Positions 14,101 through 25,200 of a stretch of DNA of 64,000 bases are shown piece after piece. A program made the position numbers and the translations under genes. Every line of letters begins with the position of its first letter. Positions within the stretch are counted from its first letter, which is position 1. The notes below the pieces were generated by a model. The model saw only the letters and a program-made list of their open reading frames with translations. It was not told where the DNA came from and ran no database searches. Origin of the DNA: the human T2T-CHM13v2.0 reference genome, Homo sapiens; the NCBI RefSeq assembly GCF_009914755.1, contig NC_060929.1, one strand, 5' to 3'.

Positions 14101-17100
14101 TCCCTTGGCAGATTCTACAAATACAGTGTTTCCAAACAGATCCATTAAAGGAAATGTTTAACACAGTGAGATGAATGCACACATCACAAAGCAGTTTCTC
14201 AGAAAGCTTCATTCTAGTTTTTGTATAGAGATAATTCCATTTTCACCATAGGCCTCAATGCGCTCTGAAATATCCCTTTGCAGTTTATACAAAAAGAGGG
14301 TTTACAAACAGCTCCATCAAAAGAAGGGTTTAATTCTGTGAGAATGAATGCACACATCAGAAACTAGTGTCTCAGAAAGTTTCTTTCTACTTTTTGTCTG
14401 AAGTTATTTCCTTTTCACCATAGGCCTGAAAGCGCTCCCAAATATGGCTTCACAGATTCTACAAATACTGTGTTTTCAAACTGCTCTTTCAAAGGAAAAG
14501 TTGAAATCTGTGTAATGAAGGTATACAACAAAAAACAGTTTCTCAGAGAGCTTCTTTTTAGTTTTTTTCTGAAGATATTTCTCTTTTCACCACAGTCCTT
14601 AATGCATTCCCCAAATATCCCTTTGCAGATTCTACAAAAACAGTGATTCCAAACTGCTCCATCCAAAGAAAGTTTTATCTCTGTGAGATGACTGCACACA
14701 TCACAAAGCAGTTTCTCAGAAAGCTTCTTTCTATTTTTTTGATGATATTTCCTTTTTTCACATTAGGCCTCAATGCACTCCCAAATATCCCTTTGCGGAT
14801 CCTACAAATACAGTATTTCCAACCTGCTCCATCAAAAGAAAGTTTTAAATCTGTCAGATGAATTCTCACAGCACAAAGAAGTTTCTCAGAAAGATTCATT
14901 CTTGTTTTTGTCTAGAGATATTTCCATTTTCACCATAGGCCTCAACACATTCTGAAATATCCCTTATCTGAAGATATTTCTTTTCAACATAGGCTTCATT
15001 GTGTTCCCAATTACCGTTTTGCAGATTCTACAAAAACACTGTTTCCAAACTGCTGCACCAAAAGAAGATTTAACTCTGTGAGATGAAAGAACACATCACA
15101 AAGCAGTTTTTCAGAAAGCTTCTGTCTGGTTTTCATCTGAAGATATTTCCCTTTTGACCATAGGCCTGAGAGTGCTCCCAAATATGTCTTCACAGATTCT
15201 ACAAATACAGTGTTTTCAAATGGCTCCTTCAAAGGAAATGTTTAACACTTTGAGATGAATGGACACATCAAAATGCAGTTACTGATGAAGCTTCTTTCTA
15301 GCTTTTCTCTGAAGTTATTTCTCTTTTCACCACAGGCATAAATGCAGACCCAAATATCCTTTTGCAGATCCTACAAAACCATTGATTCCAAACTGCTCCA
15401 CCAAAAGAAAAGTTGTTTAATTCTCTGAGATGAATGTGCACACCACAAGGCAGTTTCTCAGAAAGTTTCTTTCTAGTTTTTATCTGAAGATATTTCCTTT
15501 TTCACACTAGGCCTCAATGTGCTCCAAAATATCCCTTGGCAGATTCTACAAATACAGTGTTTCCAAACTGCTCATCAAAAGAAAGGTTTAACCCAGTGAG
15601 ATGAATGCAGACAGCACAGAGTAGTTTCTCAGAAAGCTTCATTCTAGCATTTGTATAGAGATAATACCATTTTCACTATCAGCCTCAATGAACTCTGAAA
15701 TATCCATGAGCAGTTGATACAAAAACAGAGTTTACAAACAACTCCATCAAAAGAAATTTTTAACTCTGTGAGAATGAATGCACATGTCACAAAGTAGTTT
15801 CTCAGAAAGTTTCTTTCTAGTTTTTCTCTGAAGATATTTCGTTTTCACCACAGGACTCAATGTGATCCTAAATATACCTTCACCATTTATACAAAAATAG
15901 TGTTTACAAACTAGTCCATCAAAAGAAAGTTTTATCTCTGTGAGATGAAATCACACATCACAAGGCAGTTTCTCAGAAAGCTTCTGTCAAGTTTTTATCT
16001 GAAGATATTTCCCTTTTCACCATAGGCCTGAAAGTGCTCCAAAATATGGCTTTGTAGATTCTACAAATACAGTGTTTTCAATCTCCTCCTTCAAAGGAAA
16101 TGTTTAACTCTGTGAGATGAATGGACACATCACAAAGCAGTTTCTCAGAAAGCTTCTTTCTAGTTTTTCTCTAAAGCTATTTCCTTCTTCACTATAGGCC
16201 TCTATCTCTCCCAAATATAACTTCTTCACAGATTCTGCAAATACAGTGTTTCCAAGTTGTTTAATCAAAAGAAATGTTTAAATCTGTCAGATGAATTCTC
16301 ACATCACAAAGCAGTTTCTCATAAAGCTTCATTCCAATTTTTGTCTAGAGACATCTCTATTTTCACCACAGGCCTCAATGCACTCTGGAATATACCTTCA
16401 CAGTTTATACAGAAACAGGTTTTACAAACAGCTCCATCAAAAGAAATGTTTAACTCACTGAAATGAATGCACACGTCACAAAGCAGTTTCTCAGAAAACT
16501 TCTGTCTAGTGTTTACCTGAAGATGTTTCCCTCTTCAGCTTAGGCCTGAAAGTGCTCCCAAATATGGCTTTGAAGTTTCCATAAATACAGTATTTTTAAA
16601 CTGCTCCTTCAAAGGAAAGGTTGAACTCTGTGAGATGAATGGACACATCACAAAGCAGTTTCTCAGAAAGCTTTTTGTAGTTTTTCTCTGTATATATTTC
16701 TCTTTTCAAAGCAAGACTTAATGTGCTTCCAAATATCCCTCCGCAGATTCTACAAAAACAGTGATTACAAACTGCTCTATCCAAAGAAAGGTTTAACTCT
16801 GTTAGATGAATGCAGACATCACAAAGCAGTTTCTCACAGAGTTCATTCTAGTTTTTGTCTAAAGGTATTTCCATTTTCACCATAAGCTTCAATGTGCTCT
16901 GAAATATCCCTTTGCAGTTTATACGAAAACAGGGTTAACAAACTTCTCTCTCGAAATAAAGGTTTAATTCTGACAGATGAATGCACACATTACAAAGCAG
17001 TTTCTCAGAAAGTTTCTTTCTAGTTTTTCTCTGAAGATATTTCCTTTTAACCACAGGATTCAATGAGCTCCAAAATATCCCTTGGCTGATTATAAAAACC

Positions 17101-17340
17101 AGTGTTTGCAAACAACTACTCCATCAAAAGAAAGGTTTAAATCTGTGAGATGAAAGCACACATCACAAAGCAGTTTCTCAGAAAGCTTCTGTCTAGTGTT
17201 CATCAGAAGATATTTCCCTTTTCACCACAGGCCTGAAAGTGCTCCCAAATATGGCTTCGCATATTCTGAAAATACGGTGTTTTCAAACTGCTCCTTCAAA
17301 GGAAAGGTAAAACTCTGTGAGATGAATGCACACATCACAA
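14101..17340 (-). repeat. Alpha satellite island of a distinct monomer variety (~19 monomers, decayed 5-mer order)
   Basis: Same frame and orientation as the flanks, but with private motifs: ggcctgaaag..aaatatggctt (~14441, 15181, 16043, 16561, 17248), ttcattctagtttttgt(a/c)tagagata, gtttatacaaaaacagggtttacaaacagctcc and tctcttttcaccacag. Boundaries are approximate, +/- one monomer. Confidence 0.8.
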
Positions 17341-18395
17341 GGGAGTTTCTCAGAAAGCTTCTGTCTAGTTCTTCCCTGAATATATTTACTTTTCCAACAT
17401 AGGCCTCAATGCACTGCCAAATATCCCTGCACAGATTCTACAAAAACATTGTTTTCAGAATGTTTCATCAAAAGAAAGACCTAACTATGTGAGATGAATG
17501 CACACATCAGAAAACAGTTTCTTATAACGCTTCTTTCCAGTATTTATCTGAAGATATTTCCTTTTTTACCATGGGTTATTTGCATTACCAAATATTGCAT
17601 CACAGATATTGCAAAAAGTGTGTTTCCAAACTGCTCAGTCAAAAGAAAGGTTGAAGTCTTTTAGATGAATGCAGACCTCCAAAGCATTTTCTCAAAACGC
17701 TTCTTTCTAGTTTTTATCTGAAGATATTTCTTTTTTCACTTCAGGCTTCAGTGCAATCCCAAATATACCTTTGCAGATTATACAAAAACAGTGTCTCCAA
17801 ACTGCAAAATCAAAGGAAGGTTTACCTCTGTGAGGTGAATGCACACATCACAAAGAAGTTTCTCAAAAAGCTTCCTTCTAGTTTTCTCCGAAGATATTTC
17901 CTTTTTCACCACTGGCATCATTGCACTCCCAAATATCTCTTAGCAGATTCTACACAAACAGTGTTTCCAAACTGATCACTCAAAAGAAACTTTTAAATCT
18001 GTGAGTAAAATGCACCCATCACAAAGCAGTTTCTCAGAAAACTTCTTTCTAGTTTTCATCTGAATTTATTTCCTTTTTCAACATAGGATTTATGCATTCT
18101 CAAATATCTCTTTGCAGATGCTACAAAAAAAGTGTTTCCAAACTACTCAATGAAAAGAAAGGTTTAACTCTGTCAGACGAATGTACACATCACAAAACTG
18201 TTTCTCAGAACGTTTCTTTCTAGGTGTTTTCTGTAGATATTTCCTTTTTCGTCACAGGCCTCAGTGTGCTCACAAATAACTCTTTGCACTTTCTGCCAGA
18301 AGGGTGTTTCCAAACAGCTCCATCAAAGGAAAGATTTAACACTGTGAAATGAATGCACACATCTCAAATCAGCATCTCAGAAAGCTTCTTTCTAG
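17341..18395 (-). repeat. Diverged alpha satellite, main variety
   Basis: Main-variety motifs return (ctgtctagttcttc, ggcatca, gaagttattt-like), with ~171 bp periodicity. Confidence 0.96.
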
Positions 18396-18487
18396 TTTTT
18401 TTAAATTATACTTTAAGTTTTAGGGTACATGTGCACAATGTGCAGGTTAGTTGCATATGTATACATGTGCCATGTTGGTGTGCTGCA
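18396..18487 (-). mobile_element. Extremely 5'-truncated LINE-1 (about L1PA3-like), last ~90 bp of 3'UTR plus short tail
   Basis: ttatactttaagttttagggtacatgtgcacaatgtgcaggttagttgcatatgtatacatgtgccatgttggtgtgctgca is the reverse complement of the primate L1 3' end. The satellite monomer resumes in register (tctagttttt | ttttatctga). The subfamily is from my recollection of diagnostic sites (AACTAACC, CACATTG, CACCAACATG) and is tentative. Confidence 0.95.
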
Positions 18488-21472
18488 TTTTATCTGATGA
18501 TATTTCCTTTATCACCACAGTCCTCTTTGTATTACATAATATCCTTTCACAGATGCTATAAAAACAATGTTTCCAAACTCCTCAATCAAAAAACAGGTTT
18601 AACTCTGTGAGTTCAATGCACACATGACAAATCAGTTTCTCAAAAAGCTTCTTTCTAGTTTTTATCTGAAGATATTTCCTTTATCACCTTAGTCTAAAAT
18701 GCACCTCCAAATATCCCTACGCAGATTCTACAAAAACCGTGTTTCCAAACTGCTCAATCAAAAGAAAGTTTTAACTCTCTGAGATGAATGCACCCATCAC
18801 AAAGCAGTTTCTCAGATTGATACTGCCTAGTTCTTCTCGAAAGATATTTCCTTTCCTCCATAAGGCTCAATGCACTCCTAAATATCCCTTCACAGACTCT
18901 ATAAAAACAGTGTTTCCAAACTATTCCATCAAAAGAAGGATTTAACTCTGTGAGATGAACACACACATCAGAAAGCAGTTTCTTATAACGCTTCTTATCA
19001 GTTTTTATCTGACAATATTTCCTTGTTCACCATAGGCTTTTTTGCAATAACAGATATTGCTTTGTAAATTTTGCAAAAGCAGTGTTTCCAAACTGCTCAG
19101 TCAAAAGAAAGGTTTAACTCTGTGAGATGAATGCACACATCACAAAGCAGTTTCTCAAAACCTTCTTTCTAGTTTTTATCTGAAGATATTTCCTTTATCA
19201 CCATAGGCTTCAATGCACCCCCAAATATCCTGTCGCACATTCTACATAAACAATGTTTACAAACTACTCCATCAAAAAGCAGGTTCAACTCTGTGAGTTG
19301 AAAGCCCACATCACAAAGCAGTTTCTCAAAAAGCTTCTTTCCTGTTTTATATGAATATATTTCCTTTTTCACCATAGTCCTCAGTGCACTCTCAAATATA
19401 CCTTTGCAGATTCTACAAAAACAGTGTTTCCAAACTGCTCAATCAAAAGAAAGGTTTAACTCTGTGAGATGAATGCACACATCACAAAGCAATTTCTCAG
19501 AAAGCTTCCGTCTGGTTCTTATTTGAAGATATTTCCTTTTCCACCATAGGCCTCAATATGATCCCTTATATCCTTTCACGGATTCTATAAAAACAGTGTC
19601 TCTGAACTTTTCCAAAAAAAGAAGGATTTACCTCTGTGGGATAAATACACACATCAGAAAGTAGTTTCTCATAATGCATCTTTCCAGTTTTTATCTGTAG
19701 ATATTTCATTGTTCACAGTAGCTTTTTTACACTACCTAATATTACTTCACAGATTTTGCAAAAACAGTGTTTCCAAACTGCTCAGTCAAAAGAAAGGTTG
19801 AACTCTGTAAGATGAATGCATACATCACAGAGCAGTTTCTCAAAAAAATTTTTAGTATTTATCCAAACATATTTCCTGTATCACCTTAGTCCTCAATGCA
19901 CTTGAAAATATCTCATCGCAGATTTTACAAAAACAGTGTTTCCAAACTGCTCTATCAAAACAAAGGTTTAACTCTGTGCGATGAATGCACACATCACAAA
20001 GCAGTTTCTCAGAAAGCTTCTGTCTAATTCTTCTCTGAAGATATTTCCTTTTCCACCATAGTCGTCAATGCGCTCCCAAATATCCCTTCACAGATTCTAC
20101 AAAAACAGTGTTTCCAAACTATTCCATCAAAAGAAGGACTTAACTCTTTGGTATGAATGCACACATGCAAACGCAGTTTCTCAAGACGCTTCTTTCCAGT
20201 TTTTATCTGAAGTTATTTTTTCTTTCTCAACATAGGCATTTTTGCACTAACAAATATTGCTTCACAGATTATACAAAAATAGTGTTTCCAAACTGCTCAG
20301 TCAAAAGAAAGATTTAACTCTGTGGATGAATAGACACATCACAAAGTAGTTAGTCAGACAACTTCTTTCTCATTTACATCCAAATATGTTCCCTTTTCTA
20401 CATAGGACTAACTGTTCTTTCAAATATCCCCTTGCAGATTTTACAAAAACGTGTTTCCAAACTGCTAAATCAAAAACCAGGTTTAATTATGTGAGTTGAA
20501 CACACACATCACAAAACAGTTTGTCAAATAGCTTCTTTCTAGTTCTTATCCGAAGATATTCCCTTTTTACTCACAGGCCTTAGTGAGCTCCCCCATATCC
20601 CTTTGCAGATTCTACAAAAATAGTGTTTCCAAACTGCTCAATCTAAAGAAACGTTTAATTCTGTGACAAGAATGCACACGTCAAAAAGCGGTTTTTCAGA
20701 AGGCTTCTTTCTAGTATTTATCTGAAGTTATTTCCTTTTTCACCTTAGGCCCTGGACACTCCAAAGTATCCCTTTGCAGACTGTACAAAAACAGTTTTTC
20801 CAAACTACTTAATCAAAAGAAGGTTTAACTCTGTGAGATAAATGACACATCACAAAGCAGTTTATCAGAAAGCTTCTGTCTAGTTCTTGTCTGAAGATAT
20901 TTCATTTTCCACAAGAGGCCTCAATGGGTTCCCAAATATCCGTTCACAGTTTCTACAAAAACAGTTTTTCTGAACCTTTCCATTCAAAGAAGGACTTAAC
21001 TCTGTGAGATGAATGCACACATCATAAAGCAGTTTTTCATAACTCTTCTTTCCAGTTTTTATCTGAAGATATTTCCATTTTCAGTATAGGCTTTTTTGCG
21101 CTACCAAATATCACCACACAGATTTTTGAAAAATAGTGTTTCCATACTCCTCAGTCAAAAGAAATGTTTAAATATGTCAGATGAATGCACACATTGAACG
21201 CAGTTTCTCAAAAATTTTTTTCCAGTGTTTATCTGAATAATTTTCCCTTTTCACTATAGGCCTCCGTAAGCTCCCAAATATATCTTTGCAGATTCTTCAA
21301 AAGCAGTGTTTCCAAACTGCTCAAACAAAAGAAAGTTTTAACTCTGTTATATGAATGCACACTTCTAAAAGCAATTTCTCCAATAGCTTCATTCTAGTTC
21401 TTCTCTGAAGATATTTTCTTTTTCACCCTAGGCCACAATACACTCCCAAATATCCCTTCACTGAATCTATAG
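18488..21472 (-). repeat. Diverged alpha satellite, main variety
   Basis: The homologous g(g/a)ttt/ggttc anchor falls at 19111, 19282, 19453, 19625 and 19796, giving spacings of 171, 171, 172 and 171 bp. Confidence 0.98.
19533..19549 (+). other. pJ-alpha / A-box motif (one example; recurs in many monomers)
   Basis: ttccttttccaccatag fits the A-type motif TTCCTTTTYCACCRTAG, which occupies the position where B-type monomers carry the CENP-B box. Confidence 0.8.
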
Positions 21473-22169
21473 TCTGACAAAGGGCTAATATCCAGAATCT
21501 ACAGTGAACTCAAACAAATTTACAAGAAAAAAAACAAAAAAAAACCATCAAAAGTTAGTGAAGGTTATGAACAGACACTTCTCAAAAGAAGACATTCATG
21601 GAACCAAAAGAAGCATGAAAAATGCTCTTCATCACTGGCCATCAGAGAAATGCAAATCAAAACCACAATGAGATAACTTCTCACACCTGTTAGAATGGCG
21701 ATCATTAAAAAGTCAGGAAACAACAGGTGCTGGAGAGGATGTGGAGAAATAGGAACACTTTTACACTTTTGAAGAGACTGTAAACTAGTTCAACCTTTGT
21801 GGAAGTCGGTGTGCCAATTCTTCAGGGATCAGAACTAGAAATACCACTTGACCCAGCCATCCCATTAGTGGGTATATACCCAAAGGATTATAAGTCATGC
21901 TGCTGTAAAGACACATGCACACGTATGTGTATTGTGCCACTATTCACAGCAGCAAAGACTTGGTACCAACCCAAATATCCAACAATTGTAGACTGCATTA
22001 AGAAAGTGTGGCACATATATACACCTTGGAATAATATGCAGACATAAAAAACGATGAATTCATGTCCTTTGTAGGGACATCGATGAAGCTGGAAACCATC
22101 ATTCTCAGCAAACTATCACAAGGAGAAAAAACCAAACACTGCATGTTCTCACTCATAAGCGGGAATTGA
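21473..22169 (+). pseudogene. Disrupted C-terminal fragment of L1 ORF2p (cysteine-rich region)
   Basis: ORF 21799-22047 reads ELEIPLDPAIPLVGIYPKDYKSCCCKDTCTRM..KTWYQPKYPT..IKKVWHIY, matching ORF2p. Upstream [14 protein letters not shown] is followed by an in-frame TGA at 21770-21772. There are frameshifts near 21830 and 22018. The native stop (gggaatTGA) is at 22167-22169. Confidence 0.93.
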
Positions 22170-22224
22170 ACAGTGAGAACACATGGACACAGGGAGGGGA
22201 ACATCACACACTGGGACCTGTTGT

Positions 22225-22246
22225 GGGGTGGTGGGAGGGGGGAGGG
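22225..22246 (+). other. L1 3'UTR G-rich tract; potential G-quadruplex
   Basis: ggggtggtgggaggggggaggg has four runs of three or more G with short loops. This is a known feature of L1PA 3'UTRs. Confidence 0.7.
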
Positions 22247-25200
22247 ATAGTATTAGGAGATATACCTAACATTAAATGAAGAGTTAATGGGTGCGGCACA
22301 CCAACCTGGCACATGTATACATATGTAACAAACCTGCACATTGTGCACATGTACCCTAAAATTTAAAGTATAAAAATAAGAAAAAAAAAAACAGTGTTTC
22401 TGAACTGTTGATTAAAAGAAGGATTCAGCTCTGTGAGAAGAATGTACACATCAGAAAGTAGTTTCTGTGAACACTTCTTTTCAGTTTTTTCTGAAGATAT
22501 TTCCTTCTTCAACATAGGCCTTTTTGCACTACAAAATATCACTTCACAGATTATACAAAAACTGTGTTTCCAAACTGCTCACTCAAAAGAAATACTTAAC
22601 TCTGTGAGATGAATGCAAACAGCAAGAAGCAGTTTTCTCAAAAAGCTTCTTTCTAGTGTTTATCTGAAGATATTTCCATTTCGCCATTGGCTTCAGGGTG
22701 GTCCCAAATATTCTTTAGAGATTCTACAAAAACAGTAAGTCCAAACTCTTTAATCAAAAGAAACGTTTAACTCTTTGACAAGAAAGCACACATCACAAAA
22801 CAGTTCTCAGAAAGCTTCTTTCTAGTTTTTATCTGAAGTTATTTGATTTTTAACCAAGGCCTCACATGCTCCCAAATATTCATTCGGAGATTCTACAAAA
22901 ACAGTGTTTCCAAACTGATCAATCTAAGAACTGATTAATTCTGTGAGATGAAAGCAAACATCTCAAAGCAATTTCTCAAACAGTTTCTTTGTAGTTTTTA
23001 CCCAAAGATATTTCCTTTTTCACCATAGGCATCAATTTGCTCCCAAATATCCCTTTGCAGATTCTACAAAAAGAGTGTTTCCAAACTGTTCCAGAAAAAA
23101 AAGGACTTACCTCTGTGAGATGAATGCACATATAATAATGCAGTTTCTCATAATGCTTCTTTCCAGTTTTTTTCTGAAGATATTTCTTTTATCAACATAT
23201 GTATTTTTGGGCTAACAAACATCACTTTGCAGATTATACAAAAACAGTGTTTCTAAACTGCTCAGTCAAAAGAAAGTGTTAACTCTGTGAGACGAATGCA
23301 CATATCAGAAAGCAGTTTCTCAAAAAAATTCTTTCTAGTTTATATCCAAAGATATTTCCTTTTCCAGCATAAGCCCCAATCTGCTCTGAAATACCCCTTC
23401 ACAGATTCTACAAAAAGAGTGTTTCCAAACTGCTCCATCAAAGGTAGGATTTCACTCTGTGAGATGAACACACATATCAGAAAACAGTTTCTCACAATGC
23501 TTCTTTCCACTTTTTATCTGAAGATACGTCCATGCTCACCATACGCCTCTTTAGGCTACCTAACATCACTTCACAGAATATACGAAAACAGTGTTTCCAA
23601 ACTGCTCAATCAGAAAAAAAGTTTAATTCTGTTAGATGAATGCATGCATCACAAAGCAGTTTCTCAAAAAGCTTCTTTCTAGTTTGTATCTGAAGATATT
23701 TCCTTATTCACAATAGGCATCCATGTGCTCCCAAATATCCCTTTGCAGATTCTACAAAAACAGTGTTTCCAAACTGCTCAATCAAAAGCAACATTTAACT
23801 CTGTCAGAAGAATGCAGACATCACAAAGCAGTCTCTCAGAAAACTTCTGTCGAGTTTTTATCTGAAGATATTTTCTTTTTCAACATAGGACTCAATGTGC
23901 AAAAAAATACATGCGCTCACAAATATCAATTTGCAGATTCTACAAAAAAGTGTTCCAAACTTCTCAATCAAAAAACAGATTTATCTCTATCAGTTGAATG
24001 CACACATCACAAAGCAGTTTCTCAGATAGCTTCTATCTTGTTCTTCTCTGAAGATATTTTCTTTTCCACCACAGGCCTCAATGTGCTCCCAAATATCCCT
24101 TTGTAGATTATGTAAAAACATTGTTTCTGAACTCTTCCATCAAAATAAGTACTTAACTCTGTGAGATGAATTCACTCTTTAGAAAGCAGTTTCTCACAAC
24201 GTTTCTTTCCAGTTTTTATCTGAAGATATTTACTTTTTCAGCACAGGCTTTTTGTGCTCCCTAACATCACTTCGTAGATTACACAAAAACAGTGTTTCCA
24301 AAGTGCTCAAACAAAAGCCACGTTTAACTCTATGAGATGAATGCACACATCACAGAGAGGTTTCTCAAAACGCATTTTTGTAGTTTATACCGAAAGATAT
24401 TTCCCTTTTCACCATAGTCCTTATTGCACTCCCAAATGTACCTTTGCAGATTCTACAAAAACTGTGTTTCCAAACAGCTCCATTAAAAGATATGTTTAAC
24501 TCTCTGGGATGAATGCACATGTGACAAAGCAGTTTCTCAGGCAGTTTATCTCTTTCTTCTCTGAATATATTTCCTTTACACCATAAGTCTCAATGTGCTC
24601 CTAAATATCACTTTTATAGATTCTATTAAAAACAGTGTTTATGAACTGTTCAGTCAAAAGAAGGCTTTAACACTGTGATGTAAAAACAAACTTCAGAGAG
24701 CAGTTTCTCATAACGCTTCATTCCAGTATTTTTTTCTGAAGATATTCATCATAAGCCATTTTGTGCTAACATTGCTTCACAGATTATACTTAAACAGTGT
24801 TTCCAAACTGCTCAATCAAAAGAAACGTTTAAATCTATGAGAAGAATACATACTTCACAAAGTCATTTCTCAGAAACTTTCTTCTTTTTATCTGAAGTTA
24901 TTTACTTCTTGATTATAGGCCTTGTGCTCTCTGAAATATCCCTTCACAGATTCTGCATAAACAGTGTTTTCAAACTGATCAATCAGAAGAAAGTTTTAAC
25001 ACTGTGAGATGAATGCACACATTACAAAGCAGTTTCTCAGATACATACTGTCTAGTTCTTCTCCAAAGTTATTTCCCTTTACACCATAGGCTTAAGTGCA
25101 CTCTCAAAAATCCATTTGCAGACTGTATAAAAACAGGTTTCTGAAATGTTCCATCAAAAGAAGGACTTAACTCTGTGAGATGAATGCACACATCAGAAAG

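Larger units (their letters stand above)
21473..22386 (+). mobile_element. 5'-truncated LINE-1 (about L1PA4/PA5-like): 3' part of ORF2, 3'UTR and poly(A)
   Basis: Starts tctgacaaagggctaatatccagaatctac and ends gtaccctaaaatttaaagtataaaaataag followed by an A-run. It is collinear with the primate L1 3' end. Sites such as gaagctggaaaccatc, gagttaatgggtg and gtaacaaacc point to an older subfamily than L1HS/PA2 (tentative). Confidence 0.98.

Noticed and set aside
18353-18610. 85-aa chimeric ORF running through the short L1 fragment
   Set aside because: Chance read-through of satellite into antisense L1 3'UTR, with no promoter or coding evidence.
21799-22207. ORFs 21799-22047 (+) and 21998-22207 (-) as functional genes
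   Set aside because: The first is a frameshift-bounded piece of L1 ORF2. The second is its antisense shadow.
18396-22386. The two oppositely oriented L1 pieces as one twin-primed or inverted element, or as terminal repeats of a composite element
   Set aside because: Both are 3' ends, each sits in its own intact monomer 3 kb apart, and they differ at subfamily-type sites (AACTAACC versus AACAAACC).
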